This document shows positions 1-9,615 of a stretch of DNA of 45,218 nt, in pieces. This stretch comes from an uncultured Chloroflexota bacterium (GTDB lineage Bacteria; Chloroflexota; Anaerolineae; Anaerolineales; UBA4823). The notes beneath the pieces were generated by a model, which saw nothing but the letters and a program-made list of their open reading frames with translations, ran no database searches and was not told the origin of the DNA. The stretch is taken from the NCBI GenBank assembly GCA_903871905.1, contig CAIQIV010000055.1, positions 1 through 45,218 of the forward strand, written 5' to 3'. A program made the translations under genes and the position numbers. Position 1 is the stretch's first letter, and every line of letters starts with the position of its first letter.

Positions 1-1
1 C

Positions 2-1477
2 CCGCTCTCCCCTCAAGAACTGGCGGCAGTGTTGGTTGAGGAGCGCATCCGCCGGGAGAAGCAGACAATTGAACAGCAGCAATCGGCCAGCGGCGATCTT
101 TACGTGCCCAAGGCGACCTACAGCGTCGGACAGACCCTGGTCTTCCCGGCGTTTAACTGGCGCAGCGGACAGGTGGTCGGCGTCCGTCCCGGGAAGAACC
201 CCGAAATGCCCGGTCTGCAGGTGCTCCAGATTGAGATGGACCACAACGAGAAACATGAGTTTGCTGCCAACCTGGCTGACCATGCGCTTAACGCCCCGCT
301 GCGTTTTGACGACAACGACCCGCTCCTCAATCCCCAATCCGTCCTGGCAGGTTATTCAGAGAACCTGGTTGAGGAGATCGTATCCGCCCTTCAGGACAAC
401 CCGGATTTTGTCAGCATCGCTGCCAAGTGGTTCCCGCGCTCCCTGCTGGTGGACATTCATATCGGTCACCTGAACCTGGCCGAAGCGGTGCTGGATATGG
501 CCGGAGGCGGGCCGCTGCCTACCCCTGCCCTGCTGGAGCAGATCGAGCTGAGCGCGGATGTGCCCGCCAAGCTGGTCGAGTTTTCCCTGGACTACGCCCT
601 GCAGAGTGACCCTCGCTTTGATGAGGTCGGTGCGGCGGGCAAAGTGCTGTGGTTCTTGCAGCGCCTGGAACCCGCCGAAGTCCTGGAGCCGCCGGCATAT
701 CTGCGCTACAGCGGCATCGAATACGACCGCGGCGACCTGACCAGGGACATGCTGGCTCTGGAGCGTGAGCTAGATGATGAGCTCTCCCCGCTGCAGGGCA
801 AGCAGCCTGGCATTGACGAAGTCGAGATTCGCCTGATCTATCCGCACTGGCGCTCTGGCACCTTGCCACTTGGCTCGCGCGTCCGCCATTTGTTCCCCAC
901 TGCCTATGAGGCGCCGCGCATCCGCTTCACCCTGGTCGATGGCGAAAGCGGAGACAAGTTCCCGGCCTGGGTAGTGCGGGAAAAGCGTTACATCTACGGC
1001 CTGAAGGATTGGTTTGCCAAGCGTGGCTGCATCCCCGGGAGCATCATCCGGGTGCGCCGGGGGAAACAACCCGGCGAAGTGATCCTGAAGGTTGATTCGC
1101 GGCGCTCCGCCCGGGAGTGGGTGCGCACCGTGCTGGTCGGTTCGGATGGCGGCACCGTTTTTGCCATGCTTAAGCAGATCGTGCAGACTTCCCTGGATGA
1201 GCGTATGGCCATCGCTATCCCGGATCGGGATGGGGTAGACCAGGCCTGGCTCAGGCAGCAAAAAGAATCGACTTCCTTCGAGAAACTGGTGCTCAACATG
1301 GTGCGCGAATTGGCCAAGCTCAACCCGCAAAGCCATGTGCATGCCAGCGAGCTGTATGCCGCCCTGAATGTCATGCGCCGCTGCCCGCCCGGACCGCTGC
1401 TGGCGCTGCTAGCCACCAGTCCTAATTTCAACCACGTCGGTGACCTGCATTTCCGCATCAACGAGGCCGACAGTTAG
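2..1477 (+). CDS. Hypothetical protein, 5'-partial (reading frame is open to the window edge)
   Basis: The long ORF 29..1477 has no in-frame stop back to nt 2, and its stop is TAG 1475-1477. No catalytic motif recognised. Strings such as 'LQSDPRFDEVGAAGKVLWFL' and the C-terminal 'SPNFNHVGDLHFRI' weakly resemble the end of HARE-HTH/winged-helix modules. Confidence 0.6.
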   Translation, partial: PLSPQELAAVLVEERIRREKQTIEQQQSASGDLYVPKATYSVGQTLVFPAFNWRSGQVVGVRPGKNPEMPGLQVLQIEMDHNEKHEFAANLADHALNAPLRFDDNDPLLNPQSVLAGYSENLVEEIVSALQDNPDFVSIAAKWFPRSLLVDIHIGHLNLAEAVLDMAGGGPLPTPALLEQIELSADVPAKLVEFSLDYALQSDPRFDEVGAAGKVLWFLQRLEPAEVLEPPAYLRYSGIEYDRGDLTRDMLALERELDDELSPLQGKQPGIDEVEIRLIYPHWRSGTLPLGSRVRHLFPTAYEAPRIRFTLVDGESGDKFPAWVVREKRYIYGLKDWFAKRGCIPGSIIRVRRGKQPGEVILKVDSRRSAREWVRTVLVGSDGGTVFAMLKQIVQTSLDERMAIAIPDRDGVDQAWLRQQKESTSFEKLVLNMVRELAKLNPQSHVHASELYAALNVMRRCPPGPLLALLATSPNFNHVGDLHFRINEADS

Positions 1478-1499
1478 TTATACAGATAGGAGTGGAACA

Positions 1500-1934
1500 G
1501 TGATTGAAGGAAAACGCCCCAGCCTGGTCAAGCCAACTATCCATACACCGTACTATATCGATTTTAGCTGGTGGAGCCAGAATGAGCGGGATTGGCGCAT
1601 ATACCTGCAAAGCTATCTGTGTCCGGAGCACCAAAAGCTTTATGCTGACGTTTCCCTGGATGGGATGGTGGACTGGGTCGACCCGGAAACCGCTGAGGTC
1701 AAACAGGTAGACGGCTTGCAGCAGGTGTTGATCGCCCACTGCGCCAAGCAGGATTCATTTACCATGCATCACTCCACCCTGGTCGATTCGATTTTTCGCC
1801 TGCTGTTGGCGAATGGCAACCTGCCACAAACACCGGCAGATCTTTCCCAACAGCTTGGGCGCGAGCCGATGGTGATATTAAAAGTGCTGTCCGGTGGGCG
1901 CATCTATAATGGGTTGCGCCCGTGTTTTGGATAA
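1500..1934 (+). CDS. Hypothetical small protein (about 144 aa)
   Basis: ORF 1440..1934. I prefer GTG 1500 as the start because AGGAG (1488-1492) lies 7 nt upstream and this start avoids overlap with the preceding gene. No recognisable family. Confidence 0.5.
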   Translation: MIEGKRPSLVKPTIHTPYYIDFSWWSQNERDWRIYLQSYLCPEHQKLYADVSLDGMVDWVDPETAEVKQVDGLQQVLIAHCAKQDSFTMHHSTLVDSIFRLLLANGNLPQTPADLSQQLGREPMVILKVLSGGRIYNGLRPCFG

Positions 1935-1972
1935 GCCCGCACCTGTGCTCCTGCCCGGGACGTACCCAACCA

Positions 1973-2045
1973 GCCCCCGTAGCTCAATGGACAGAGCAGG
2001 TGCCTTCTAAGCACAAGGTTGTGAGTTCGATCCTCGCCGGGGGCG
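1973..2045 (+). tRNA. tRNA-Arg (anticodon TCT)
   Basis: Hand-folded 73-nt cloverleaf. Acceptor GCCCCCG/CGGGGGC, D arm GCTC-AATGGACA-GAGC, anticodon loop CTTCTAA, variable AGGTT, T arm GTGAG-TTCGATC-CTCGC, discriminator G. No encoded CCA. Confidence 0.9.
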
Positions 2046-2095
2046 CCTTCAGCGCCTTCTTGAGATAGACGACCGAGAGATAAGAGCTGGTAGAT

Positions 2096-2509
2096 ATGAG
2101 CATTAAACATGATCCCTTCTTTACAGGTTTCAGCAGGTCAAGCGAATTTCAGTTCACCGACCCCAGGCCTGTACACTGGCGCATTTTACTGCGCACTTCC
2201 GTCTGGCGGCCGCCAACCGATGTCTTCGAGACAGAGGAGGCGATCGTTGTGCGCGTGGAGATCGCCGGAATGCGCGAGGAAGATTTCTCCATCGATCTGG
2301 ATGGTCAGATTTTGAGCATCCACGGCATCCGTCCTGACCTGGATGAACGCGGCCCATTTCACCAGATGGAAATCCGTTTTGGTGAGTTTAGCAGCGAGAT
2401 CGAGCTGCTGGCGCCCGTTGCAGCCAGCCAGGTTACGGCTTTCTACTCCAACGGTTTCTTGCGGGTTTCGCTGCCAAAGGCTCAGCCCAGGCATGTCCCC
2501 ATCGAATGA
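2096..2509 (+). CDS. Hsp20/alpha-crystallin family small heat-shock protein
   Basis: Alpha-crystallin domain pattern: 'WRPPTDVFETEEAIVVRVEIAGMREEDFSIDLDGQILSIHG...FGEFSSEIELLAPV...FYSNGFLRVSLPK'. Confidence 0.85.
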   Translation: MSIKHDPFFTGFSRSSEFQFTDPRPVHWRILLRTSVWRPPTDVFETEEAIVVRVEIAGMREEDFSIDLDGQILSIHGIRPDLDERGPFHQMEIRFGEFSSEIELLAPVAASQVTAFYSNGFLRVSLPKAQPRHVPIE

Positions 2510-2552
2510 AACCGATACCATGACAGGATCACAGGAAACCTGAGCTAAATTC

Positions 2553-5198
2553 ATGCCTGCGACGCGTTGGAACTCAAATATCCTAGAAATGCTCAACTGG
2601 ATTGTTGAGGAAGAAGAGATCAGCATGGATGATCTGCTGTTAAAGCCGATCATCCCCCGTGTGCTTTCAGACAGCTCGTCCGAACCAGACCGGTCATCCG
2701 AGGAAAGCGGTGAAAGCAAGGAGGAAATCCCCCCCATCCTACCCATCCTGCCGCTGCGCGGTCTGGTGGTCTACCCACAGACCGTGGTGCCGCTGACCAT
2801 CGGCCAGCCGCGCTCGGTGCGCCTGGTTGATGACGTGATGTCTGGCGATGAGCGCCTGATCGGCCTGGTGGCTTCCCGCAATCCCGAGATCGAATCGCCC
2901 GAGCCATCTGATCTATACCAGTTGGGCACGGTGGCGATGATCCACCGCCTGTTCCGCGCCCCCGATGGCACCATCCGCCTGGTGGTGCAGGGCCTGGCGC
3001 GCTTCCGCCTGGCGAGCTTTGTCCAGACAGAGCCTTACCTGAAAGCCGAGATCGTGCTGGAGCCCGAGATTGTCGAAGACGGACTGGAACTGGAAGCACT
3101 GGCACGCAACGCCCGCGACCAGTTCGAACACATTGCCGAGATGATCCCTTCCATCCCCCGCGAGCTGGTGACCTCGGTGCTGACACTGGAAGACCCGCTG
3201 CAGACCGTCTACACCATCGCCAATTTCCAGCGCATGGATCTGGATGACGCCCAGGCGCTGCTCGAATACAAGACAGCCAGCGAGAAGCTGCACAAGCTGG
3301 TGGGCATCCTGGCCCACGAAGCCGAGGTGCTGGAGATCGGGCAGAAGATCCAGAACGAAGCACGTTCTGAGATCGAAAAAGTGCAGCGCGAGTATTTTCT
3401 GCGGGAACAGCTCAAAGCCATCCAGCGTGAGCTGGGAGAAAGTGACGAGCAGACCCAGGAGGTGGAGGAGTTCCGTAAAAAGATCGACGCCGCCCAGATG
3501 CCTGAGGAATCGGAAAAGATGGCGCGCCGCGAGCTGGAGCGCTTGAGCCGGCTGCCAACCGCTGCCGCCGAATACGGTGTGATCCGCACCTACCTGGACT
3601 GGCTGGTGTCCCTCCCCTGGTCCAGCATCACCTCCGACAACCTGGATATCCCCCACGCCCGCCAGGTGCTCAACCAGGATCACTATGGCCTTGACGATGT
3701 CAAGGAACGCATCCTGGAGTATCTTTCGGTGCGCAAGCTGCGCCAGGAGCGGGCTGAGGAGCTTACCCAAAAGGTTGCCGACGAGATCCACCGCATCCGT
3801 GAAGGCGTGATCCTGTGCTTTGTTGGCCCCCCTGGGGTAGGCAAGACCTCTCTGGGCCGCTCGATCGCCCGCGCTATGGGGCGCAAGTTCGTGCGCATCT
3901 CCCTGGGCGGGATGCGCGACGAGGCGGAGATCCGCGGCCACCGGCGGACCTATATCGGCGCCATGCCTGGGCGCATCATCCAATCCCTGCGCCGCATCGA
4001 ATCGCGCAACCCGGTCTTCATGCTGGATGAAGTGGACAAGCTGGTGTTTGACTTCCACGGCGACCCGGCGTCCGCCTTGCTCGAAGTGCTGGACCCAGAA
4101 CAGAACGCCGAGTTCCGCGACCACTACATGGAGGTGCCCTTCGACCTGTCGCAGGTCATGTTCATCACCACCGCCAACCTGCTTGAGCCGGTGCCTGGCC
4201 CACTGCGTGATCGCATGGAGATCATCGAGCTGGCAGGCTATACCGAAGGAGAGAAGGAGGCCATTGCCCGCGGCTACCTGATCCCGCGCCAGTTGCAGGA
4301 AAATGGCCTGCGCGAGGCGGAAGTGCAGTTCAGCGACGCCAGCCTGGAGCGCATCATCCGTTCCTATACTCGCGAGGCCGGTGTGCGCAGCCTGGAGCGC
4401 GAGATTGGCGCCGTGTGCCGCAAAGTGGTCACCCAGGTCGCCGAGGGCAAAACCGAGGTGGTCGAGATCACCCCGGACAAAGTTCAGGAGCTGCTTGGAC
4501 GCCCCTCTTACCTGGGTACCGAGGAGATCGCTCACCGCACCTCTGTGCCAGGCGTGGCCACCGGGCTGGCCTGGACCCCGGTCGGTGGATATGTGCTGTT
4601 CATTGAAGCCACGCGCATGCCCGGGTCCAAGGGCTTTCAGATCACCGGCTCAGTCGGCAACGTAATGCAGGAATCGGCGCATGCCGCCCTGTCCTACGTG
4701 CGATCCAAAGCTGAGCACCTGGGATTGAGCCCGGACTTCTTCGACAACAGTGACATCCACCTGCACATTCCCACCGGGGCGCAGCCCAAGGACGGGCCTT
4801 CAGCCGGCGTGACCATGGCCACCGCCCTGGTTTCGCTGATCTCTGGTCGCCTGGTTGACCCTAAGGTTGGGATGACCGGCGAAATTACCCTGCGCGGCCA
4901 GGTGCTTCCTGTGGGGGGGATCAAAGAGAAAGTCCTGGCTGCCCACCGCATGGGCTTGAAGAAGATCATCCTGCCCGTACGCAATGACGTAGACCTGGAA
5001 AAGCTGCCCGAAGAAGTGCGCCAGGAGATCACCTTCGTCTTTGCCGAGACAGTGGATGATGTGCTCCATGCTGCCCTGGAACCGGCGGCCGCCAACGGCG
5101 GAGCGCACTACCAGCCAGAAACGCCTGCCCCGGGGGAGCCGGCGCCAGGCACCGATCCCGAGCCGGCCCCAATCGAGACGATCACACAACCCGCCTGA
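2553..5198 (+). CDS. lon: ATP-dependent Lon protease (LonA type)
   Basis: LON N-domain ('[19 protein letters not shown]'), Walker A 'GPPGVGKTS', and S16 protease Ser-Lys dyad context ('[15 protein letters not shown]', '[10 protein letters not shown]'). The start is ambiguous among ATG 2553, 2589 and 2625. Confidence 0.95.
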   Translation: MPATRWNSNILEMLNWIVEEEEISMDDLLLKPIIPRVLSDSSSEPDRSSEESGESKEEIPPILPILPLRGLVVYPQTVVPLTIGQPRSVRLVDDVMSGDERLIGLVASRNPEIESPEPSDLYQLGTVAMIHRLFRAPDGTIRLVVQGLARFRLASFVQTEPYLKAEIVLEPEIVEDGLELEALARNARDQFEHIAEMIPSIPRELVTSVLTLEDPLQTVYTIANFQRMDLDDAQALLEYKTASEKLHKLVGILAHEAEVLEIGQKIQNEARSEIEKVQREYFLREQLKAIQRELGESDEQTQEVEEFRKKIDAAQMPEESEKMARRELERLSRLPTAAAEYGVIRTYLDWLVSLPWSSITSDNLDIPHARQVLNQDHYGLDDVKERILEYLSVRKLRQERAEELTQKVADEIHRIREGVILCFVGPPGVGKTSLGRSIARAMGRKFVRISLGGMRDEAEIRGHRRTYIGAMPGRIIQSLRRIESRNPVFMLDEVDKLVFDFHGDPASALLEVLDPEQNAEFRDHYMEVPFDLSQVMFITTANLLEPVPGPLRDRMEIIELAGYTEGEKEAIARGYLIPRQLQENGLREAEVQFSDASLERIIRSYTREAGVRSLEREIGAVCRKVVTQVAEGKTEVVEITPDKVQELLGRPSYLGTEEIAHRTSVPGVATGLAWTPVGGYVLFIEATRMPGSKGFQITGSVGNVMQESAHAALSYVRSKAEHLGLSPDFFDNSDIHLHIPTGAQPKDGPSAGVTMATALVSLISGRLVDPKVGMTGEITLRGQVLPVGGIKEKVLAAHRMGLKKIILPVRNDVDLEKLPEEVRQEITFVFAETVDDVLHAALEPAAANGGAHYQPETPAPGEPAPGTDPEPAPIETITQPA

Positions 5199-5199
5199 A

Positions 5200-5583
5200 A
5201 TGAATCATCCACCAAAAGTCATGCTCATCGAAGACGACGAAACGATGTGCTCACTGCTGCACATCCTGCTGCAGATTGAGGGCTACCAGGTCGCAAATTT
5301 TACTTTTCGCGAAACGGTGAATGATATCCTGGTTGATATCCACCAGGAACAGCCAGACCTGCTGCTGCTGGATGTCCGGCTGCGGCAGTTGAGCGGGTTG
5401 GACCTGCTGCCGCTCATTCGCTCAGACCCTGGCCTGCAAAACTGCCAGGTGTTGATGTGCTCCGGCATGGATGTCAGCCATGACTGCCTGGAGCGCGGCG
5501 CAGATGGCTTCATTTTGAAGCCCTACATGCCAGAAGAGTTGATCGGGAAGATCAACCAGTTATTGAAGGGTTCCTATTCCTGA
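5200..5583 (+). CDS. Single-domain response regulator (CheY-like receiver, no output domain)
   Basis: 'KVMLIEDDE...', phospho-acceptor context 'LLLLDVRL', and 'FILKPY'. ATG 5200 sits 1 nt after the lon stop (TGA 5196-5198). The track ORF 5041.. is a 5' over-extension running through the lon 3' end. Confidence 0.85.
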   Translation: MNHPPKVMLIEDDETMCSLLHILLQIEGYQVANFTFRETVNDILVDIHQEQPDLLLLDVRLRQLSGLDLLPLIRSDPGLQNCQVLMCSGMDVSHDCLERGADGFILKPYMPEELIGKINQLLKGSYS

Positions 5584-5585
5584 GC

Positions 5586-7430
5586 GTGTTCAACCCGGGG
5601 ATATTGAACCAGAGAAGAGAGTTTATTGTGGGAAAGAAACGTGGACGCACCCAGGCAAATGCTTTACAGTGGTGCACGATGGATTTACATTTACACACCC
5701 CGGCCTCCGGCGATTTTCAACAGCCCGAGGCTACTTACCTGGATATCCTGCGCCGGGCAGAAGCCCGCGGCCTGGATATCATATCTTTTACCGACCACAA
5801 CTCCGTGGCCGGCTACCGGCGCATGCAGGAAGAGGTGCAGCAGCTTGAGACGCTGGAGCGCCTGAAGCGCATTTTCCCGGATGAGCAGAATCGGCTGGCG
5901 GAGTACCGCCGCCTGCTGGACAAGATCCTGGTGCTGCCGGGCTTTGAGTTTACCGCCACCTTTGGCTTCCATGTAATCGGCGTCTTTCCGCCGGAGAAAC
6001 CAGCCCGCGAACTGGAGCACCTGCTGCTCAGCCTGAATATTCCCAGCGAAAAGCTGGATGACGGATCTGCCACCGTGGGCGCCACCAGCGACGTGCTCAC
6101 CGCTTACCGCCTGATCGCCGCCGCCGGCGGGATTGTCATCGCCGCCCACGCCAATTCGAGCAACGGCGTGGCCATGCGCGGCTTCGATTTCGGCGGCCAG
6201 ACCAAGATCGCCTACACCCAGGATACCAACCTGCATGCCCTGGAGGTCACCGACCTGGATAACAAAGGCCGCAGCTCGACCGCCGCCTTCTTCAGCGGCA
6301 CCAAGCCAGAGTACCCACGGCGTATGCACTGCATCCAGGGCTCTGACGCCCATCGCCTGGTGACCGACCCGGTGCGCAAGAAGAACCTGGGAGTCGGCGA
6401 CCGCGCCACGGATGTGTTCCTTGCCGAGGTCGGCTTTGAAGCACTGCTGGAGTTGTTCCTGAGCAATGACTTTGCTCGCACCCGCCCGCACCGCCACACC
6501 GCAGAACCGGCCTTCGACTTCATCCGCGCTGCCCGCGAGCAGGGCGCCAACATCATCCAGGACTTCCACGAGTCGATGACCGTGCGCGGCGGCAAGCGCT
6601 ATGCCGTGATCGCCGACGTTTGCGCTTTTGCCAATACCAACGGCGGCACCCTGTATATTGGCCTGCCTGATGACCCCAAGAAGCCGGTCACCGGCATCCA
6701 GGAACCTGAGCAGGCCATCTCCCAGCTTGAAAAGGAGATCGAGGCCCGCATCAGCCCGCCCCTGCAGTGCTCGCTGGATATCCAGGAGACAGGCGGCAAG
6801 AAGGTGGTGCGCGTGCTGGTGCCGCGCGGCGACGAAGCCCCTTACGCCGTGGACGACAATAAGATCTACCTGCGCTCTGAGGCCGAGACCGACCTGGCGG
6901 TGCGGGATGAGATCGTCGAGATGGTTCTGCGCAGCTCACGCTACCAGGCGCAGCGCGCTCCGGTTGACCTGAGCCAGGCGAAGATCGAAGCAGGTGAACG
7001 CGCTGTGCGCGCCGCGCCGCTCCCCGAGCCGGCCTCCCCCGCCCCGCTGCCCCTGCCCGAACCCGACCAAACCGAGCTGGCCCCGCGCACCGGCGTGGAG
7101 GTCATCACCGTCGATGAGCGCAATAACACCCGCTACTACACGATGCGCGACCTGCGCAACGGCAACGTGGTCAAGAACGTCACCAAAACCTCCGCCCGCC
7201 GCCTGTGGCATTATGCCATCACCGCCTATGCCCAGCTTCCAGGCGACCTGACCCACAGCTCGGTCCAATGGCAGGGCAATTTTGGCCTGATCCGCATCCA
7301 TAAGCAGGACAAGAGCGTGCGCTATGACCTGGTGCAGCGCCAGCCAGAAGGATATCGCTTCTACTTTGGCGTGACGGAAGACGGCATCCACGGCCCCTGG
7401 CACTCCCTGGTGGGGCAGGAAGAGGATTAG
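5586..7430 (+). CDS. Multidomain protein: N-terminal PHP (polymerase/histidinol-phosphatase-like) phosphoesterase domain, AlbA_2 (Schlafen-like putative DNA-binding) domain, Pro-rich linker, and a C-terminal domain of unknown function
   Basis: PHP metal-ligand pattern: '[12 protein letters not shown]', 'SFTDHNS', 'LPGFEF', 'AAHANSSNG', 'GSDAH'. AlbA_2 pattern: '[21 protein letters not shown]...[14 protein letters not shown]...IYLRSEAET'. Possible starts are GTG 5586, GTG 5628 (purine-rich SD upstream) and ATG 5679. Confidence 0.7.
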   Translation: MFNPGILNQRREFIVGKKRGRTQANALQWCTMDLHLHTPASGDFQQPEATYLDILRRAEARGLDIISFTDHNSVAGYRRMQEEVQQLETLERLKRIFPDEQNRLAEYRRLLDKILVLPGFEFTATFGFHVIGVFPPEKPARELEHLLLSLNIPSEKLDDGSATVGATSDVLTAYRLIAAAGGIVIAAHANSSNGVAMRGFDFGGQTKIAYTQDTNLHALEVTDLDNKGRSSTAAFFSGTKPEYPRRMHCIQGSDAHRLVTDPVRKKNLGVGDRATDVFLAEVGFEALLELFLSNDFARTRPHRHTAEPAFDFIRAAREQGANIIQDFHESMTVRGGKRYAVIADVCAFANTNGGTLYIGLPDDPKKPVTGIQEPEQAISQLEKEIEARISPPLQCSLDIQETGGKKVVRVLVPRGDEAPYAVDDNKIYLRSEAETDLAVRDEIVEMVLRSSRYQAQRAPVDLSQAKIEAGERAVRAAPLPEPASPAPLPLPEPDQTELAPRTGVEVITVDERNNTRYYTMRDLRNGNVVKNVTKTSARRLWHYAITAYAQLPGDLTHSSVQWQGNFGLIRIHKQDKSVRYDLVQRQPEGYRFYFGVTEDGIHGPWHSLVGQEED

Positions 7431-7431
7431 C

Positions 7432-7881
7432 ATGGTTTCCGAAGCGGTCAAGGTGGATTTTCATCTCCGTGAATTTCGCTGGCCGGAGGATCTGCAGGTT
7501 GTCCTGGATCTGTGGCAGCGCAGCGGACCGGGAGTCCAGCTTGGCCGCTCGGACACGCCGCAGGAAATCTATAAAAAGCAGCAGCGCGATCCCGACCTGT
7601 TCCTGGTGGCTGAGAGCCAGGGCCAGGTCATTGGCGCGGTGATGGGCGGGTACGACGGGCGGCGCGGCCTGGTGTATCACCTGGCAGTGGACCCGGGCTG
7701 CCGCCAGCGCGGCCTGGGGGCAGCCCTGATGGAAGAGTTGGAGGTCCGCCTGCGCCAGAAAGGCTGCCGCAAGTGCTACCTGCTGGTCACGCGCGAAAAC
7801 CGCACCGCCATCGCCTTTTACGAAAGGCACGGCTGGGAGCATATGGACCTGGTCTATCTCTATGGGAAGGAGTTCAATTGA
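7432..7881 (+). CDS. GNAT family N-acetyltransferase
   Basis: Acetyl-CoA binding motif 'VDPGCRQRGLGAALMEELE', then 'AFYERHGW'. ATG lies 1 nt after the previous stop, with an AGGAAGAGGA SD upstream. Confidence 0.85.
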   Translation: MVSEAVKVDFHLREFRWPEDLQVVLDLWQRSGPGVQLGRSDTPQEIYKKQQRDPDLFLVAESQGQVIGAVMGGYDGRRGLVYHLAVDPGCRQRGLGAALMEELEVRLRQKGCRKCYLLVTRENRTAIAFYERHGWEHMDLVYLYGKEFN

Positions 7882-8393
7882 ACGTGCGCTTCGCTATCCT
7901 GACCGTCTCGGATCGCTCATCGCGCGGCGAGCGCCCCGATCAGTCCGGACCGGCCCTGGCAGAATTTGTGCGCCAGCAGGGGTGGGAGGTTTCGCTCACC
8001 TACACGCTGCCGGATGACTTGCATGCGCTGCGGGAGATCCTATCCGCATGGGCGGATAACGGGGACTTCGACGTGATCCTGACCACCGGCGGCACCGGCT
8101 TCAGCCCACGCGATGTCACCCCCGAGGCAACCGCAGCGGTGAGCAGCCGCCCTGCACCCGGTCTGGCAGAAGCCATGCGCATGGCCAGCATGCGCATTAA
8201 TCCGCATGCCATGCTCTCCCGCGGCACGGCGGTAATCCGCCGCCATACGCTGATTGTCAACCTGCCCGGCAGCCCCAAGGCCGCCGTGGAAAACCTGCAG
8301 GTGATCGTTCCTGTGCTGCCCCATGCCGTAGCACTGCTGCGCGATGAGCCCCAGGCGGAAGCCGGTCACCAATCCCTGTCACCCCAATCCTGA
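7878..8393 (+). CDS. mogA: MogA/MoaB-type molybdopterin adenylyltransferase domain protein
   Basis: 'FAILTVSDRSSRGERPDQSGPAL' and 'ILTTGGTGFSPRDVTPEA'. TTG 7878 overlaps the GNAT stop; GTG 7884 is an alternative start. The track ORF 7773.. is over-extended. Confidence 0.85.
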   Translation: MNVRFAILTVSDRSSRGERPDQSGPALAEFVRQQGWEVSLTYTLPDDLHALREILSAWADNGDFDVILTTGGTGFSPRDVTPEATAAVSSRPAPGLAEAMRMASMRINPHAMLSRGTAVIRRHTLIVNLPGSPKAAVENLQVIVPVLPHAVALLRDEPQAEAGHQSLSPQS

Positions 8394-8396
8394 CCG

Positions 8397-9296
8397 CTAC
8401 CAGGCGATCAACGCCAGGGCCCACAGGCACAGCCCGATGCCCAGCCACTGGCTGCGCGAAACCTTCTCCGATAGCAGGGTGGTTGCCCAAATCACAGTAA
8501 ATACCGGGTACATCGAAGACAGCACGGTGGCCACGTCCAGCCGGGTGAGGTGTTTCCCGACCAGGAAACACACATTCCCCGCTGCATCCAGCACGCCGGA
8601 TAAGAATGCAAAGAATACCCAGCGCCCGGGCAGGCGGCCTGCCTCCTTCACACTGGTAGTAGGCGCGCCTGACCCCGGTCTCAAAAACCAGATGCCCAGC
8701 CAGGCTGCCAGGGCAACCAGGGTGGAGCCTGTCTTGGAGACCAGGATCGGCGTGTAATACAACCCGCCCTTCCCTGCCTCCGCCAGCAGGATAAAAAACA
8801 CACCAAAACAGACTCCCGCCGTCAACGCCAGAGCTAACGATAAACCCACCCGCCTGGCGCTGCGGCTCTGTGCAGTTGGCCGGGTGACAAGCCAGATGCC
8901 GCCCACCCCAAAGGCTATCCCGGCTGACTGTGTCCAGCCAGGCAGACCATCCATTGCGATCCCTACCACGACTGGCAGCACCGCCCCCACCACCGCCGCG
9001 GTCGGCGCCACCAGACTGGCATTGCCCAGCGACAGCCCCTGGTACAGCGCCCCCAAACCCACCGCCCCCAGCAGCCCGGCCACGCCGCCCATCACCAGGC
9101 CTCGCGGCCCTGGCAGCGCCTCTCCCAGGTACCCTGAGATCAGCGCCAGCCCGGCGACCCCAACCAGCGAGGTGACAAACAGCACCGCTGCCACATTGCC
9201 GCGCCGGGTGGCAAAACCCCCGCTGAAATCTGCGCTGCCCCAGGTCAGGGCTGCCAGACAGGAAATTGCAATTCCAAATACATAGGTGGTGTTCAT
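8397..9296 (-). CDS. EamA/DMT-superfamily transporter
   Basis: About 10 predicted hydrophobic helices in two similar halves, Gly/Ala-rich, with typical DMT length (299 aa). Confidence 0.7.
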   Translation of the reverse strand: MNTTYVFGIAISCLAALTWGSADFSGGFATRRGNVAAVLFVTSLVGVAGLALISGYLGEALPGPRGLVMGGVAGLLGAVGLGALYQGLSLGNASLVAPTAAVVGAVLPVVVGIAMDGLPGWTQSAGIAFGVGGIWLVTRPTAQSRSARRVGLSLALALTAGVCFGVFFILLAEAGKGGLYYTPILVSKTGSTLVALAAWLGIWFLRPGSGAPTTSVKEAGRLPGRWVFFAFLSGVLDAAGNVCFLVGKHLTRLDVATVLSSMYPVFTVIWATTLLSEKVSRSQWLGIGLCLWALALIAW

Positions 9297-9615
9297 ATAC
9301 CGGCCATCAGAACGGCCCAGGCTGTGCGCAACATGCAGTGCCTCTTCATTCTTGGAACAGGATAGAAGGCTGTTTGTCGGTTAACCAATTGCCCAGGGGG
9401 TCAAAGCATTGTACCATAGCCCGGTCTGTCAGTGGCTGGCGTAATGCCCGGAAAATTTGGACAGGTTTTTCATGTTATACTTAATCCTGGCAACGCGCCG
9501 CGTCAAAAGCCCGATCGGTTTTCAGCCCCTCTGGCCCGGCTGCTGCTCATCTATGCGGGGAAAGACCTGCCTGTGCCTGGGGGCTCCCCTTCAACCATGC
9601 CTGGAGAAAGCTGCC

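Noticed and set aside
2-1934. Possibility that the first two genes are JetA/JetB-like (Wadjet) or another SMC-associated defence pair, based on their sizes (about 480 aa plus about 150-200 aa).
   Set aside because: No SMC-like ATPase or Toprim/JetD-like gene follows. The next features are a tRNA and hsp20. I see no kleisin-like or DUF4194-like motifs, and size alone is not evidence.
1904-2110. 68-aa minus-strand ORF overlapping tRNA-Arg. Likewise the 90-aa plus-strand ORF 40332..40604 overlaps tRNA-Gln.
   Set aside because: Both overlap well-folded tRNA genes and have no SD or protein-like features.
2913-4535. 540-aa ORF antisense to lon. Similar long antisense or out-of-frame ORFs include 5691..6569-, 9847..11469-, 11700..12668-, 13226..14134-, 15046..16158+, 16185..17291-, 17769..18509-, 19677..20315+, 21108..21950-, 22457..23230+, 23248..24102-, 24695..25702+, 25736..26557+, 26923..27801+, 28174..28902+, 35249..36067+, 38307..39146+, 41956..42786+, 42740..43408+ and 43601..44521+.
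   Set aside because: Each lies fully inside a gene on the other strand or frame that has unambiguous family motifs. Their translations are Arg/Gly/Ala/Pro-rich and low in complexity, as expected for shadow ORFs in high-GC DNA, and none carries a recognisable motif.
2553-5198. Lon protease as a BrxL-like or defence-associated Lon.
   Set aside because: It has the full canonical LonA architecture (LON N-domain, AAA+ with 'GPPGVGKTS', S16 Ser-Lys protease) and sits behind hsp20, consistent with the housekeeping heat-shock protease. No BREX, DISARM or other defence genes are nearby.
6985-7075. Pro/Ala-rich, apparently repetitive stretches: '[17 protein letters not shown]' in the PHP/AlbA_2 protein; Pro/Thr runs at 30700-30830 and 31240-31370; the Ala/Glu run at 35790-35900. 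Considered as possible DNA tandem repeats or CRISPR-like arrays.
   Set aside because: They are in-frame low-complexity interdomain linkers without regular repeat/spacer periodicity. No direct repeats of CRISPR size or spacing are present anywhere in the window.
9297-9615. 319-bp divergent intergenic region upstream of the repeat protein, examined for a riboswitch, sRNA or promoter (TTGGAC at 9457 with possible CTTAAT/TATACT boxes).
   Set aside because: I could find no convincing stem-loops or conserved aptamer-like motifs. The promoter hexamers have poor spacing, so the evidence was too weak to list as a feature.
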